From Azolla caroliniana (Eukaryota; Plantae; Polypodiophyta), in assembly GCA_043228905.1 (NCBI GenBank), contig JBHGNT010000014.1, positions 6,076,001 through 6,140,000 of the forward strand: DNA of 64,000 nucleotides, given 5' to 3'. Shown here one piece after another: positions 1-13,187 of the stretch; position 1 is the stretch's first letter; each line of letters starts with the position of its first letter. The position numbers and the translations under genes were made by a program. The notes under the pieces were generated by a model that did no database searches, was not told the DNA's origin, and saw only the letters and a list, made by a program, of their open reading frames with translations.

Positions 1-34
1 TGACGCTGCAACAGATGAGGATACTGCTGCCAAT

Positions 35-1775
35 GTGGCTGAAAGTAAAAGTCCTGCTATCACATCTCCTTCAGATCAGCTCCACCCTATTCTTTTGGAA
101 CAATGTACTAAATTAGGCAACGATGTGAAATGCCATGAAATAGTGGAAACAACATGTAAAACTGAGGTTCACAACAACAGTGTTTATGAACACTTGATGC
201 AACATTTCTTCGAATCTCAAGACCTTGATTCCACCCCACCGAGCCCAACTACTGAAAATGTCCAAACAGATCCCTTTGTACTTGAAAATCTAGTTCAAGA
301 AACGGCTGATGTGCAATTAGATGCTGAGGCGATGGGAAGGTTGTTGGAGGAGGACACACTTGCGCATTGGGTGAAAGAAGCAAGGCTAAATGGGGAACCG
401 ACCAGAAAAAGGTTGAAGAAGGGGCCACGATCGGGAACAAGACCAGTTACTCGGTCAAGGGGCCTAGACGTAGTGGAGCGAAATACTGTTTAGTTGGATA
501 TGATTGTTAGCTTAGGGATTTTGCTAGGGTTTTATTAAGTTTTACTATCCTGTTGGACAAGTAAAACCTCAAATTGGTTGTTGCTTGATCCACATTATGT
601 AATGGAACTCTATGATGTTTTTCCAAGATAATTTGAAGAGTGTTGTTCTATGACTGAAACTCTTTGATGTTCAGGATGTTGTTTTGTGAGTGTGAATATG
701 TTGGTGTTTTCTGATGTTGCAGAGTCTAAAGGGTTTGATTCTATTGCTCGTAAGGCCAATGGCAGTGTGGATACTGTTGATGTTGCAATGTGTTTAAAGG
801 GCCCCATCTTGAAAGTAGATGTAGCAACTGACACAAGTGATCTGGTCACACAAATTGATCAAGCATGTTGCACGGATGACTTGGTGTTGCAGGTAGATGT
901 AGCATGTTGCACGGATGACTTGATGTTGCAGGTAGATGTAGCATGTTGCACGGATGACTTGGTGTTGCAGGTAGATGCAGCATGTGATACCAGTGGACTG
1001 ATATCGAGTAGATTAGTAGCTACATGCACCGAGGTAATCCAAGGATTGATAACTAAGTCGACAAAACAAGAGCACCAGAATGTGAAGTAGGCCCAACACA
1101 GTCGACTGGGGGTTTGAAGAGGAAAAGGACGCCAATTGTGTCGGCCGAACCTGAGCTGATTGAGATTGATCGTGTCCTACCAGAAAATGGTGTAACAACG
1201 GCTCAGTTTCAGGAATGGAAACCTAAACCACTAGAAGTTGAAAGAAGAGCCTTGATCTTGGAGCTTGATAAAGTCTTGATGAGTGTGAGATATATGCAGC
1301 CAAGGAGGGACGCGAATCAGTTTCTAGAGTGGGTTGTGCAATACTTTGATTTGTTTATTTGGAGTGAAAAACCAAAATCAGATGTGTGGAAGTGTTTAGC
1401 AAGATTCTTCCCAAAATGGCGAAGTCGTTTTAAAGGTCAATGGGCACGAGAAAATTGTGAGCAAATGGAAGCTGCAAGATTCAAGAGACTTTCTGATTTT
1501 TGGGCTACTTGGCCTGAATATAATGCCGACAACACATTGATTTTGGATACAAAACATTTCCGGCACTACTTCAATATTCGGAGATGATGTCTCATTCTAC
1601 CCAAGGAAATGCCTGAACAATACCTGGTGCAAACAGTGAGCTGCCAACTAGGTGCATGGTTGTGGACTCCATATCGAGCTCGATATGCGGATAATATATG
1701 TAGACTCATTCCACTGACTAGCAAGAGCTTAGCTGTTTATAGGAGATTTGTAGACATTTCCAATGGTAATTTATA
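35..1775 (+). pseudogene. Fragmented ORF of unknown function, convergent with the transposase; probably an accessory gene of the DNA transposon
   Basis: ORFs 35-493, 686-1090 and 1114-1587 have protein-like composition and continue after a stop to ~1775. No domain recognised. Confidence 0.3.
862..985. repeat. 39-bp tandem repeat, ~3.2 copies (in-frame, ACCTDDLVLQVDV)
   Basis: Unit AGCATGTTGCACGGATGACTTGGTGTTGCAGGTAGATGT at 862, 901 and 940. Confidence 0.95.
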
Positions 1776-2125
1776 AATATGTAAAGAGATGACATTATTC
1801 AATGAAGAATTTAATTACTTGTTCCCACTGTACTTATCTATTGTGTAATTTGAGGAATATGTTGCAGATTGTTGAGTTCATGCTATTGATGACTATTTAG
1901 CTATTGCTAGCTAATTAGCTACATTTGTACAACTAATTAGCTATTGATGACTATTTCGCTATAACTTATAACTTAAAACTTAACAAAAAAGACATGATTT
2001 TATTGAGAAAGAAGCATAGAAAGCAGACTGTATACAAGAAATTGATTCTCAAACGAATTTATTTAATTGTTTTCGCGAAATACATGTTTGTTTTACAAGT
2101 AGAACATGGTAATTGCTACTAGTAG

Positions 2126-5100
2126 CTACAAATTCCATGGCATACTATTGTAAATACATTCATACACATTAGCACCAACAGTGTATAAACCTGAGCAGTT
2201 ATTGTATTCTGACATTGGGACGTTGATGCACCTGACCAAATGAGAGTACATGTACGCCGATGGTTTGTCTTCTAATAGCCTGTACACATATTCGTAGTCA
2301 TCTAGTTTTGCATAAAAAATGCCTTCGATGTAGAATGTCCCGGCAAATACAAAATTTCCCCATGCATCTACAATATTCTGCCTTGCACACTGTTTACTAA
2401 CCGTGCACTTCAATATATAGAAATCAGCACCCTCTGAATTGCCATCTTCAACATTTACAGCGAAGTTATCCCCAACGTTCAGGACATCACTCAAAGTATC
2501 TCCAAGTCCCTCATATGTGAAGTCAACATTCTGCCCTGTTTCTCCATCAACTGCTTCCTTATCATTCAGAGTGTGATACTCCCAATTCTGAATGTATGCT
2601 TTGTTTAGACAATATCTCCAATTTCCCTGCACACAATGGAAGCAAAAACAAGTCAATTCTCTAACCGCAATACAATGACCATCCAACCTGGAATAACCGC
2701 GAACAACATGCTGAGATCGCAATTCGGGAATTCCTTGGCACTCCCAGGTCTTCTCCCTATTTACTTCATCTATCTTCACTTCCCAAAATTCACGTTTGAT
2801 ATCTCGGATTGCGAGGAATAAACACCTATTGCACTCGTTGACATATTTGTTCTTAAAAATTCAACTATATGTGATGCACAATTCATGTGCACACCATCTG
2901 TCTTTAGTTGTTCATGGGTAAGTGCCCGCTTTATAACAGTCCCTGCACCATCATGTTCACTTTTACCATGGCCAGACCCAAAAAAATTCCATCTTATCTC
3001 CAAACCTGTTATAGCAAGATACCTCCCCACAAAATAAAATGGACATTGAGCCTTGAATTGTGACGCAACTCCGTTAGACCAGACCCAATGTTGAGTAAGC
3101 TCCAAACGTTGAGCTAATAACCACTGCCAATGTAACTTAAAACTGTGTCGGACGAACAAGGTATCATGCTTCTTATCATCAGAAATAAAGAAATGAATTA
3201 CTTTTTTAACATCACCTGAAACTCGAAAATATGTTATGTGCAAAAAAATGGTTACCTAAACTGAACACCAATGCATAGATAGAATTTCATTCTGCTGCTT
3301 GAAAGTATAATTCTCTGCGAAATCTACTACTGAGACTACTACATCATTTGGGAAATCAGATATGCAAGTCTTAAACTAATGGGCCTGCCATGAATAAATG
3401 AAGTTGTGTTTAATGAACTTTCCTAGAGATACTACAAACAGAGACACCAAATACCTTGGTTTAAGCATCTTCCGAACTAGATCCTTTCTTTTACACACCT
3501 TTCCTTCAAAATTGGTGTTCACTGACTCAAATAACTTCACAGAGATCAATATTTCACTACTCAATTCATTTGGACACCACCTAAATCTAGTAGGGCCACA
3601 ATCTTGACATAAACCCATGACACATTTATGAATATGGAAGATAGCGTCAGTTTCTCTCGGACACAATATTGAATCTAATAAATAACTCATGGAAGAGATA
3701 ACGTGCTCAAATGATTTACACTCCTCTTACAGGCTTGATCAACAGATTGGGCACCCACATATGCAAACTGTATTAGTTAGGGATGCGTTATGGTGACTTA
3801 GTAGATTAACAGTCCTTCAGAAAACCCATCTGTACATGGTAAATGCAACAACATGTGTATCGATCCTTTAAGCGTCTCACAAAGTGTGGCTTAAGAGACT
3901 CGAATGTTTGTAGTTGAACTTTGATATTTGGATGCATTCGTTTGAACCTAATAAATAAATCGACCTACGTAATAAAGGGGAATTAGTTATTCTCGTAACT
4001 AGCTAACTATCCTAGTAGCTAATTAGCTCTTCTAATAGCTAATTAGTTGTTCTAGTAGCTTATTAGCTATTCTAGTAGGTAATTACTTGTCATGGTAGCT
4101 AATTAGATGTCCTAGTAGCTAATTAGCTATTCTAGTAGCTAATTAGCTGTCATGGTAGCTAATTAGATGTCCTAGTAGCTAATTAGCTGTCATGGTAGCT
4201 AATTAGTTGTCCTAGTAGCTAATTAGCTATCATGGTGGCTAATTAGTTGTCCTAGTAGCTAATTAGCTATCATGGTAGCTAATTAGCTGGTCTAGTAGCT
4301 AATTAGCTATCATGGTGGCTAATTAGCTGTCGTAGTAGCTAATTAGCTATCATGGTAGCTAATTAGCTTTCCTAGTAGCTAATTAGCTGGTAATAACAAA
4401 ATTAGCTATCCTAGTAGCTAATTAGTTGTCCTGGTAGCTAGTTAGCTATTTTGGTAGCTAATTATCTGGTAGTAACTAAATTAGCTATTGAGAATAGCTA
4501 ATTAGCTATCATGGTAGTAGCTATTGAGAGTAGCCAGTTACCTATGTAGTAGTTATCCTAGTAGCTAACTGAGGTAAATGTAACTGATAAGCTAATTAGC
4601 TTTTCTGCTAACTGAGCTAATTAACTTTCCGTGTAGAGTCAAAACAAATGTTGAGATAAATGTAAATACCTGAGGTACATCAAGAAGATGAATGGGATGC
4701 TCCTCGTATTGATTTCTTCCAACACGTTTCCTGCATAAATCCTTTTTATTGGGTGAAACCCTACTCTCATTAGTCCAAAACATTGTGATTACATCCTTGA
4801 TTTCAAATGTTATGGGTGTCATTGGCTTACATCTTGTAGTTAGCTTAAGTAGACTAGTTCCTTCACCCGAGGAAATTATACGGTTCATTGTATTGTACAC
4901 TGTTTTTCTACTAACACCAATTACCTTAGATAGCTCACTGATGTTTATATCGTCAACATCACTATTAAGTAACATCATTAGACTAGACCTTTTTAAGACA
5001 AGATCAACTTCTGACCTGCTCATGGATACAAAACTATTACGAAGATTATTTACTAAAACAGATGATATGTTTGCATTAAGACCATCACAATCAACTAAGT

Positions 5101-5419
5101 CCTTTATCGATGGATCATTACATATTCCATAAAGTACTACCTTCTTTTCTTCATTGCTGGTGTGTTTGGTTTGAACATTGAAATAGTCTACAACCTTTCT
5201 CTCTATGATGGTAGTCGCATTACTTACATTCTCAGCTAAACTATCCTTACCTTTACTGAGTATGGCTTTCGTATCCTTCAACAATTGACGATGTTTCCTT
5301 TATTTTTCTGCCCAATAGTTTCGTATGGCTTGTTGTGTCCTGATAGCATCATCCCTATCCTTATGATCATTGAGGGGTAATTCTAAACACCCTTCTTCCC
5401 CTTCCATTTGGCTGGACAT
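2126..5419 (-). pseudogene. Degenerate DDE transposase, Sola2-like, two exons (intron 3965-4669)
   Basis: Motifs TCCCIYH, DFAENY, ISDDKKHD, WSNGVASQFK, WNFFGSGHGKSEHDGAG and a C-terminal CFCFHC. A phase-0 GT..AG intron joins DVPQ to VDLFIRFK. Several stops and frameshifts. The superfamily call is from remembered motifs. Confidence 0.7.
3995..4615. repeat. ~20-bp degenerate tandem array built on the palindrome TAGCTAATTAGCTA, filling the transposase intron
   Basis: Repeated units such as TAGTAGCTAATTAGCTATCA and TGGTAGCTAATTAGTTGTCC. Confidence 0.9.
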
Positions 5420-5714
5420 ATTAAAACCCTAAATTTCCAAAAACAAAAACAAGTATTTAAGATGGCTATGGGCAACAACAATACACAAAAATATTCCACA
5501 ATACACAAGATTAGACACAACAATACACAAGATAATCAATAAACAGAAAAGTTATTGCAATCCAAGACCGAACAGTAGAGGAGTTCACTACGTTGGATCG
5601 AATAGTTGAGGAGGTGATCCAGGACCTACCAATGGCGACAACTGAGTGTAGAATGTTGTCGTTGGATGAGTGAACTCCGTCAAATCGAAATGTGGAAAGC
5701 AATCCAGGACTGGA

Positions 5715-6322
5715 CAGTAGCGGCCCCTGAGTGTAGAGTGGCACAGAGAAGAGAACCCCGTCAGATTGAACAACTCTTTGATGATGCTTGGAACGCACAA
5801 TAGCAGCCCCTCAGTGTAGAGTGGCATAGAGAAGAGAACCCCGTCAGATTGAACAACTCTTTGATGATGCTTGGAACGCACAGTAGTGGCCCCTCAGTGT
5901 AGAGTGGCACAGAGAAGAGAACCCCGTCAGATTGAACAACTCTTTGATGATGCTTGGAACGCACAATAGCAACCCCTCAGTGTAGAGTGGCACAGAGAAG
6001 AGAACCCCGTCAGATTGAACAACTCTTTGATGATGCTTGGAACGCACAATAGCGGCCCCTCAGTGTAGAGTGGCACAGAGAAGAGAACCCCGTTAGATTG
6101 AACAGCTCTTTGATGATGCTTGGAATGCACAGTAGCAGCCGTTGAGTGTAGAGTGGCATAGAGAAGAGAACCCCGTTAGATTGAATAGCTCTTTGATGAT
6201 GCTTGGAACGCACAGTACCGGCCCCTGAGTGTAGAGTGGCACAGAGAAGAGAACCCCGTCAAATTGAACAACTCTTTGATGATGCTTGGAACGCACAGTA
6301 GCGGCCGCTGAGTGTAGAGTGG
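5715..6322. repeat. 83-bp tandem repeat, ~7.3 copies, upstream of the transposase (subterminal repeats)
   Basis: Near-identical units with 83-bp periodicity (ORF starts at 5798, 5881, 5964, 6047, 6130, 6213, 6296). No unique spacers. Confidence 0.95.
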
Positions 6323-9300
6323 CGGCACGTGGACTCGATAGGGTTTAGCAACAGTGGTAGCAACTAACCCACACTACTCAACTAGAGATGGCCTACGTGA
6401 TGTGGCAAAGGATCATGCATAATGGACCTAGGAATTCGATATATAATTTATGGTACACATTTATGGTGCACATATCAATTTATGTTGCACGTTTATGTTG
6501 CACATTTATGGCACTCATTTACATATGTAATTAAAACACTCTAGTATTTTCAATGGTAGTTTTTTGCATAGTTAATTTATTAATGATGGCCTTTTACTAA
6601 AATGACTATTTATCAATGGTAGCTTTTTGCATAGCTAATTGTTTCCACTCGCATGCTTTCACCCATATCCGATATCTGACCAGGTACATACCATTGCGTA
6701 GATCAAGTTCCCGACGAAAGAGGCATACACTATCTTCATCATACACTATCCTCGGGCTTTGTTTTCTGGATAGCTTGCAGTTTGCCGGAAGTGTCAATCC
6801 GACCAGTTTCGCCTCCGACATGTTGAACTGTGGGAGCACCTTTGTCACATACTTCTCCTGTGACAACCACAATAGCTTCTTTGACCAATCCCAGATTATG
6901 TGCATTCCCAATATCTGTCTTGCCAGACCCAAGTCTTTCATTGAGAAGGTTTGGTTCAGAGCCTTCTTTAGCATCCGAATCTTGCCTTGGTCTCATCCGA
7001 CGATCCGCATATCATCCACATATAGGAGGAGTATCAAGAAATCTCCTCTATCAAATTTCTTCACAAACACGTAATGATTGGCCTGCATCTTGTGGTACCC
7101 TTGGTCGGTCATGAAGGAGTTGAACTTCTGGTACAATTGTCGGGGGGGCTTGCTTCAATCCGTATAAGCTCTTCTTCAGTTGGCACACCAGGTGCTCCTT
7201 CCCTTTCTTCTCAAATCCTTCTGGTTGATGCATGTAGATCTCTTCTTCAAGGTCGCCATGTAGGAACGCCGTCTTCAACAGTGAGACCCACAACTTCTGG
7301 TTGTGGTCATCTATGAACATCACAGAGTACTACGATTTGGCATGTGACTTTGTGTCCACTTGACACACATCGGTATGCACCAGCTCCAATGGTGCATTCT
7401 GTCTCATCGATAGTCTTGACCGGAAGGAGGTCCGGTTTTGCTTTCCGTCCAAGCAATCAGTGCACTTCCCAAGTTGCACATCCTTCACCGGAATGAGATT
7501 GTCTTTGGCAAGTCTCTTCATCCCCTTCTGGCTCATATGACACAGTCTCTTGTGCCACAACTCACCAGTAGTGTCGGATGCCACATTCACTTCTTCCCGA
7601 CATATCCGGGCATGCATCAGATATAGCGTGTTGACCTTCCAGGCTCGAGCCACTATTAGACTCCCTTTGCTGAAATTCATAACTCCGTTCCGGATGCTAC
7701 CTGTGAAGCCTTCATCATCTAGCTGACCGACTGATATCAGGTTCAGTCGAACCTCCGGAACATGTCAGACATCCTTCAGCCCCAACTTTCATCCAGTTGA
7801 AGTTGTCAACAACACATCTCCTATGTCAACAATTCAGCAGGTCCCTTCATTCTCCATCCGAACACAACCATGATCTTCGGTCGTGTAGGATGAGAAGCAT
7901 CTCCAATCCGGTGTCAGGTGGAACGACACTCCGGAATTGACAACCCACGTTGTCTCATCGCCGACAAGGTTTAACTCATTCTCCTTGGTAATGAGCATCA
8001 GTTCTTCTTCACTTGTCGCGATTGTCAACATTCCTTTCCGATCCGGACCTCTCCGGTCCGAACCATTTTGGGTCTGAACTCTTCTTCGAATCGGTAGTGC
8101 CAGTTTCTTTCTCTTTCTGGAAATGCCGACAGTTCTTCTTGAAGTGCCCCTGCTTCCCACAATCAAGAGCAAGTAGGCCTCCCCCTGACTTCGACCTCAT
8201 CCCCGATTTGTCCTAGTTTTGGGGACTCCTATACCAGCCTCTTCCTCGGTTGTGGTCCTCTTCCGTGACCAAGGCCTTCGGATCGGTTCCAGACTCCCGG
8301 TCCTTCCGGCGAGCTTCTTCATCTAGCAAGCTTGATTTTACCCTTGCTAGGGACAACTGTTTTCCTTCCAGCCCAGCGTTGCCCAATGTGACAACTAGCG
8401 TCTCCCAACTATCCGGGAGGGAACCAAGCAGGAATAATGCGAGTACCTCATTGGCGAGAGGTACTTCCAATGAGGTGGCTTGATGTTTTAGCCCCTGGAA
8501 GGCACTCATGTGTTCTTCCATACTGGTGTCATCCTGGTACCGGAGCCTCACTAGCTTCTGGTGTCGTGAAGATCTATCACTAGGCACGGATCGCGAGGTG
8601 GAACCGTCGGGGTTCTAGACCGGAAGGATAGAAGTTCGCACCAAGCTTAGCAAGAAAGTATTTAGGATAGATTGAGAGAGAGAAAGAGATTAAGATTAAA
8701 CGCTTGACTTAGATTGAGAAATATTGATATGGCCAAGAGAGAGATATTGAGATTAAGATTTTAACTCTTGATTTAAGAAACAAGATATATCATCAATGAA
8801 TTTTCTTCTCATTAATTTCTTAGTTCATACATGGATCTATAATACATTTTTATCCATCCTTTTATACATACCCCCTGCATATGATGCATGTTTGCCATTT
8901 GGCGCTCGTGTATTACATGTGGTGCATGATAACCATGTCACTCATTTCAGCTCTCATGCATAAGAATTTACATGTAAAAGTACGATGATAGAAATATAAT
9001 TTCAACTAAATATCTTGGCTTAGTGGTAAGCCAATTAACTCCTAACTTGGAGGTGCAAGGTTTGAATCCTTACTTGCCCTCCTTGTATATGTATATATAT
9101 TTATATATTTATTTATCTAGTCGCCGGATGCCGGTTACCAGTGGACACCGCCTCGCCGGTTATCGCCGGATGTCGGTTCCACCGGCTCGCCGACTCCGTC
9201 AGATGTCGGTTTCCGGCTGCCGCTGGAGCACCGGCTCCATCGTCGATCCGGTTTTGGTTGGCCAAAACCTTTACGAGTAGCTAGGCCACCTCCACTCTTA

Positions 9301-9716
9301 GTTCAAGTTACCTTGAAATCTCTATGCTTCACACATAGACACAAAGATAATAGCTTTTGCTCTACCTTATTATGATGAGAGTTGTATTTGTCGTGCCTAT
9401 GTGGGATATCTCACAGTTTTCTCTTTTTCTTTTACAAACTTTATACCCTCATATCTTGACATCTAGTTGTCCGTTTATCGTGTAATAAAGTGCATTCGAA
9501 AGTTCTTGAAGACCTCCATCATTTTGTACTTAGATATTAAACTTATTTAAAATGTTATCTTCACTATTATTGTTTTATGTAATTCATACTCGATTTTGTA
9601 CGTTTTATGTGATTTTCACACCATTGCCGAAAATCTTCACGACATCCACCCCCACCAAACCACACGTCCTCTAGTACGTGCCAAGAAGAGAGAAAGTGAG
9701 ATTTCGGCTACGGTGT

Positions 9717-12700
9717 TCAATCATATTCCTCCATGTCTTCATTTACATCCGCCCTATTATGTTCATCGTCGACGTGATCGAGGTCAAGATCCTCGTCTTG
9801 TCTTTTCTTGAAAATCTTTACTCTTTTTCCCGCAATGGGTACGACCAACCTTGATCCGTCTAGCTCCGCAAGGTGGTATGTGGCATTTTTGTTGGCACTT
9901 GTCACCACATACGGCCCAAACCATCTTCTTGCGAACTTTCTTATTGTACTGTGTTGATTATCAAGGTTGTTGTCGTAGACCAATACCCAATCTCCTTCTT
10001 CAATCTTCTTGGGACGTAGTCGATGCATCTTGTCGAACCGAACTTTGTTCTTTACTCAGGCTACCTCCATCATCTTTCGCGTTTTTTCTAGATCTTCAGG
10101 TCTTCTTTCAAGTTGCTTTATCCGCGCCACTAATAACTCTTCTTGGCTCATCTTGTTCTCCCACGGTATCGCTACCCATGAGGTGATCGTCCTTTCGATG
10201 GGCATAACCGGCTTTTGTCCATACATAAGCTCTGTCGGCATATACCCTGTCACCGAGCTGTGTGTCGTTCTATCGGCCCACAAGGCATAGGGTAATAGTT
10301 GTGGCCAATTCCCGTCTCGACCATTGCATGCCCGTACGATGGCTTTAACGATAGGTCCATGCCCTTGCTCGATCTTCCCATTCGCTTCTGGATTGTAGGC
10401 AGTCGTGAGGGAGAGCTTCACGCCTAGTCGTTCGAAGAGCTCCATCGCTTCGTTCGGATCCAACTCCCCTTGGTCGGCCACTATCTTCCCCACACATCCG
10501 TATCGGCAAACAACCTCTTCAAGCAAAAATTTGCAAATGGCTGAAGTCGTCTTATTTGTCAAGGCTCGTCCTTCCACTTGATTTGTCAAGTCTTCCCTTG
10601 CCAGCACTAAGTACTTCATTTGTCCCACTCCCATTGGCATCGAAACCAGATCCACCATCCATTTAAAGTGTATGGTGAGTGGGTATGTCGGTTGTAACTC
10701 ATCACGATGACATATATTTGAATATATTTGGCAAGTTTCGCATGTGGACACGAAATGGAGTACATCTTTGTAGATGCTTCGCCACCAGTACTTCTCCTTC
10801 AACTTTTCAAACGTCGCCCATATTCCTCTATGACCCGCCCAAGCACTCTCGTGGAATTCGGTCATCAAAGTCTCTTGCTCTTCTTTCTTCACCACCACTC
10901 GACGTGGTATTCCTGTCCTTCTTTTTGGATGTCACCAAAGGAATCCTCCCTTGAAGAAGTATCGGTAAGATTTCTTCCGGATTCGTAGGCCCTCCTCCTT
11001 TGTCAACGAAGCATCTGCCATCAATGTTCTTAGGAATCTACTGATCAGTAACCACTCTCCTTCGTACTCGTTCTCGTTGAAGGCGTGGAGGGTTTGCGTG
11101 TCCTGGTCTTCCACCGATAATAGAGCCATCTTGAAGAAGTCGAGGGCGACATCTTCATCTTCTGAAACCATGTCGCTTCTATTTTCAAATCTTGCCCTCG
11201 ACATCATGTCAGCCATGGCGTTCTTCTTCCCTACAATGTGACGGATCTCTGGGTTTAAAGACTTGATGTAGGCGATCCACCTTAGCATAGCAAGATCTGG
11301 GGTCACACATCCCGAGACCATTCCGAGAATTGAGAGACAATCTGTCTCTATTATCACTTCCAACCCGATCAGGTAATCTTTGTTCGTCTTCACTACCGAC
11401 ACAATACCCCAAAGTTCCCGCTTGACTTGGGCATATCTTTGTTGCCATTCGCTGAGAATCTTTGCTCCGAACCGAACGGCATATCGCGCATTATCTTCTC
11501 CTTCTTGATTGATGACCCACCCGATTCCGGTTGGGCTCGTATCTACGGTCACATAAATCGGTTTCCCTTCGGCATAGTCGGCCTTCCTTAGTGTCGGAGC
11601 TTCAAGAAGTAGTTTCTTCAATCTTTGCATCGCATTTGTGTGCTCATCAAGCCATTCGAACTTCATTCTTTTCTTTAGTAGTCCATATAACGGTTCGGCG
11701 ACATGAGCGTAGTGTGGAATCCAGATATGATAAAATGCGCATGCTCCAAGGAACCTTCTAACCTCCGTTTGGTTTTCGCATTCTTCTTTCATGTCTTGGC
11801 TCGCGTTCACTTTGTATGGCGAAGGCTTCCGGCCGTATGCCCCACACAAGTGACCTACCACCAAGATCTCTGGTTGCCTGAATGTGAATTTTTCTCCCAA
11901 AAATGTCAAATTCGCATCTTCGAGCCTTTGAAGCACCTTCTCGCAATCTTTCATATGATCCACAATGAACTTTCTACAACCTTCCTTATCTTTCGATTCA
12001 TCTTTCTCCTCATCCGAACATCCTTTTATCGGAATATCATCCAAGAATGGCATCGTGATGTTCAGGATGCAATCCTTGAAGACTTTATTCATGGCATTCA
12101 CCATATGAGCCACCGAGTTTGTTGCGCCTTGGGTTAAGGTACACATTCGCACAAGCCCGATCGGAGTCCTCATGGTTGTAATGTCCCGACTGTCGATCGC
12201 CAATTGGAATTGGTCATATCCGGAGTACAGATCACCAATGGAGTAGATGGACCGGCCCGCAAATGCTTCAGCAAATTCGTCCACGCTCGGACCGATTCTG
12301 GCATTTCGAATTGTCACCTTGTTGACGGGTTGAAGATCTTGGATGAATCGCAATGATCCATTCTTCTTCGGCACCGTGAACCACCTATTGGAATAAGGAG
12401 CATTCGATAGTTCTAGAATTCCCATACTCACCTTCTCCTTTAACAGCTCGATCAGCTTTGGAAGGTGTGCTCTCGGAACCGGTATCGGTTTCAAATTCCA
12501 AAGCACATGAGGCACCGTGAAGATCACCATCGGCTCTATAACCTTTGCGTCGGCACATCCAATTTCTTGTGGGAAGAATGTGAAAGCCTTCCCATGTCTC
12601 TCAAGCATATTGCGAAACATTCGCTCCTCTTCAGGGAGAAGGAAATCCTCCTTTCCAACTCGTAGCTTCCCCTTCGTCTCTTTAGTGAAGACATGTCCTA

Positions 12701-13187
12701 TCGTCTTCGGATCTCTTAAGCTTGGATTGTTAGCGACTTCCTTCATCTTTTGCCAGCTATCTTCCGGTAGCGGAACCGCAACTGGCTTGATCTTCTTATC
12801 CACCGTTTTATATTTCGTGTTGATGTCAGCTTCCTTCATCGAGATGCCACGACGGTATTCATCAATGATAGCATACATGTTGACAGAGTTAACCGAAATC
12901 ACGTAATGATTGTGAAGATAGCTCAAGTCCACGACTTCCTCAATTTCGCCGATGGTGTCGTTAAATGAGGCTTCTTCCATAATATGAGTCACGAACTCTC
13001 CTTCTTTTATTATGTTTTCTTCTTTCAACATCCGACACTTGTCCTTCTTGTCGGGTAGTACTAGTTTACATGCGCCACTAGGTGTGACACATGTTGCTTC
13101 TCCTCGCAATCCACGCACTCTTCTTTCTTGTGGGGTCTTCTGATTGCTCGGACTATTTGTGCCCCATGCTTCAATAGTCCGCTCTAA
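9717..13187 (-). pseudogene. Gypsy pol (RT, RNase H, integrase), disrupted
   Basis: DLYSGYDQ, PFLDD, VTVDTS, HESAWAGHRG...CETC, YNPEANGKIE and a GPY motif (RWFGPY). Confidence 0.92.

Noticed and set aside
5511-6296. Series of 67-97 aa ORFs (MRSKHHQR...)
   Set aside because: Artefact of translating the tandem repeat.
5715-6322. CRISPR-like regularly spaced repeats
   Set aside because: Units are similar over their whole 83 bp with no unique spacers, there are no cas genes, and the context is eukaryotic.
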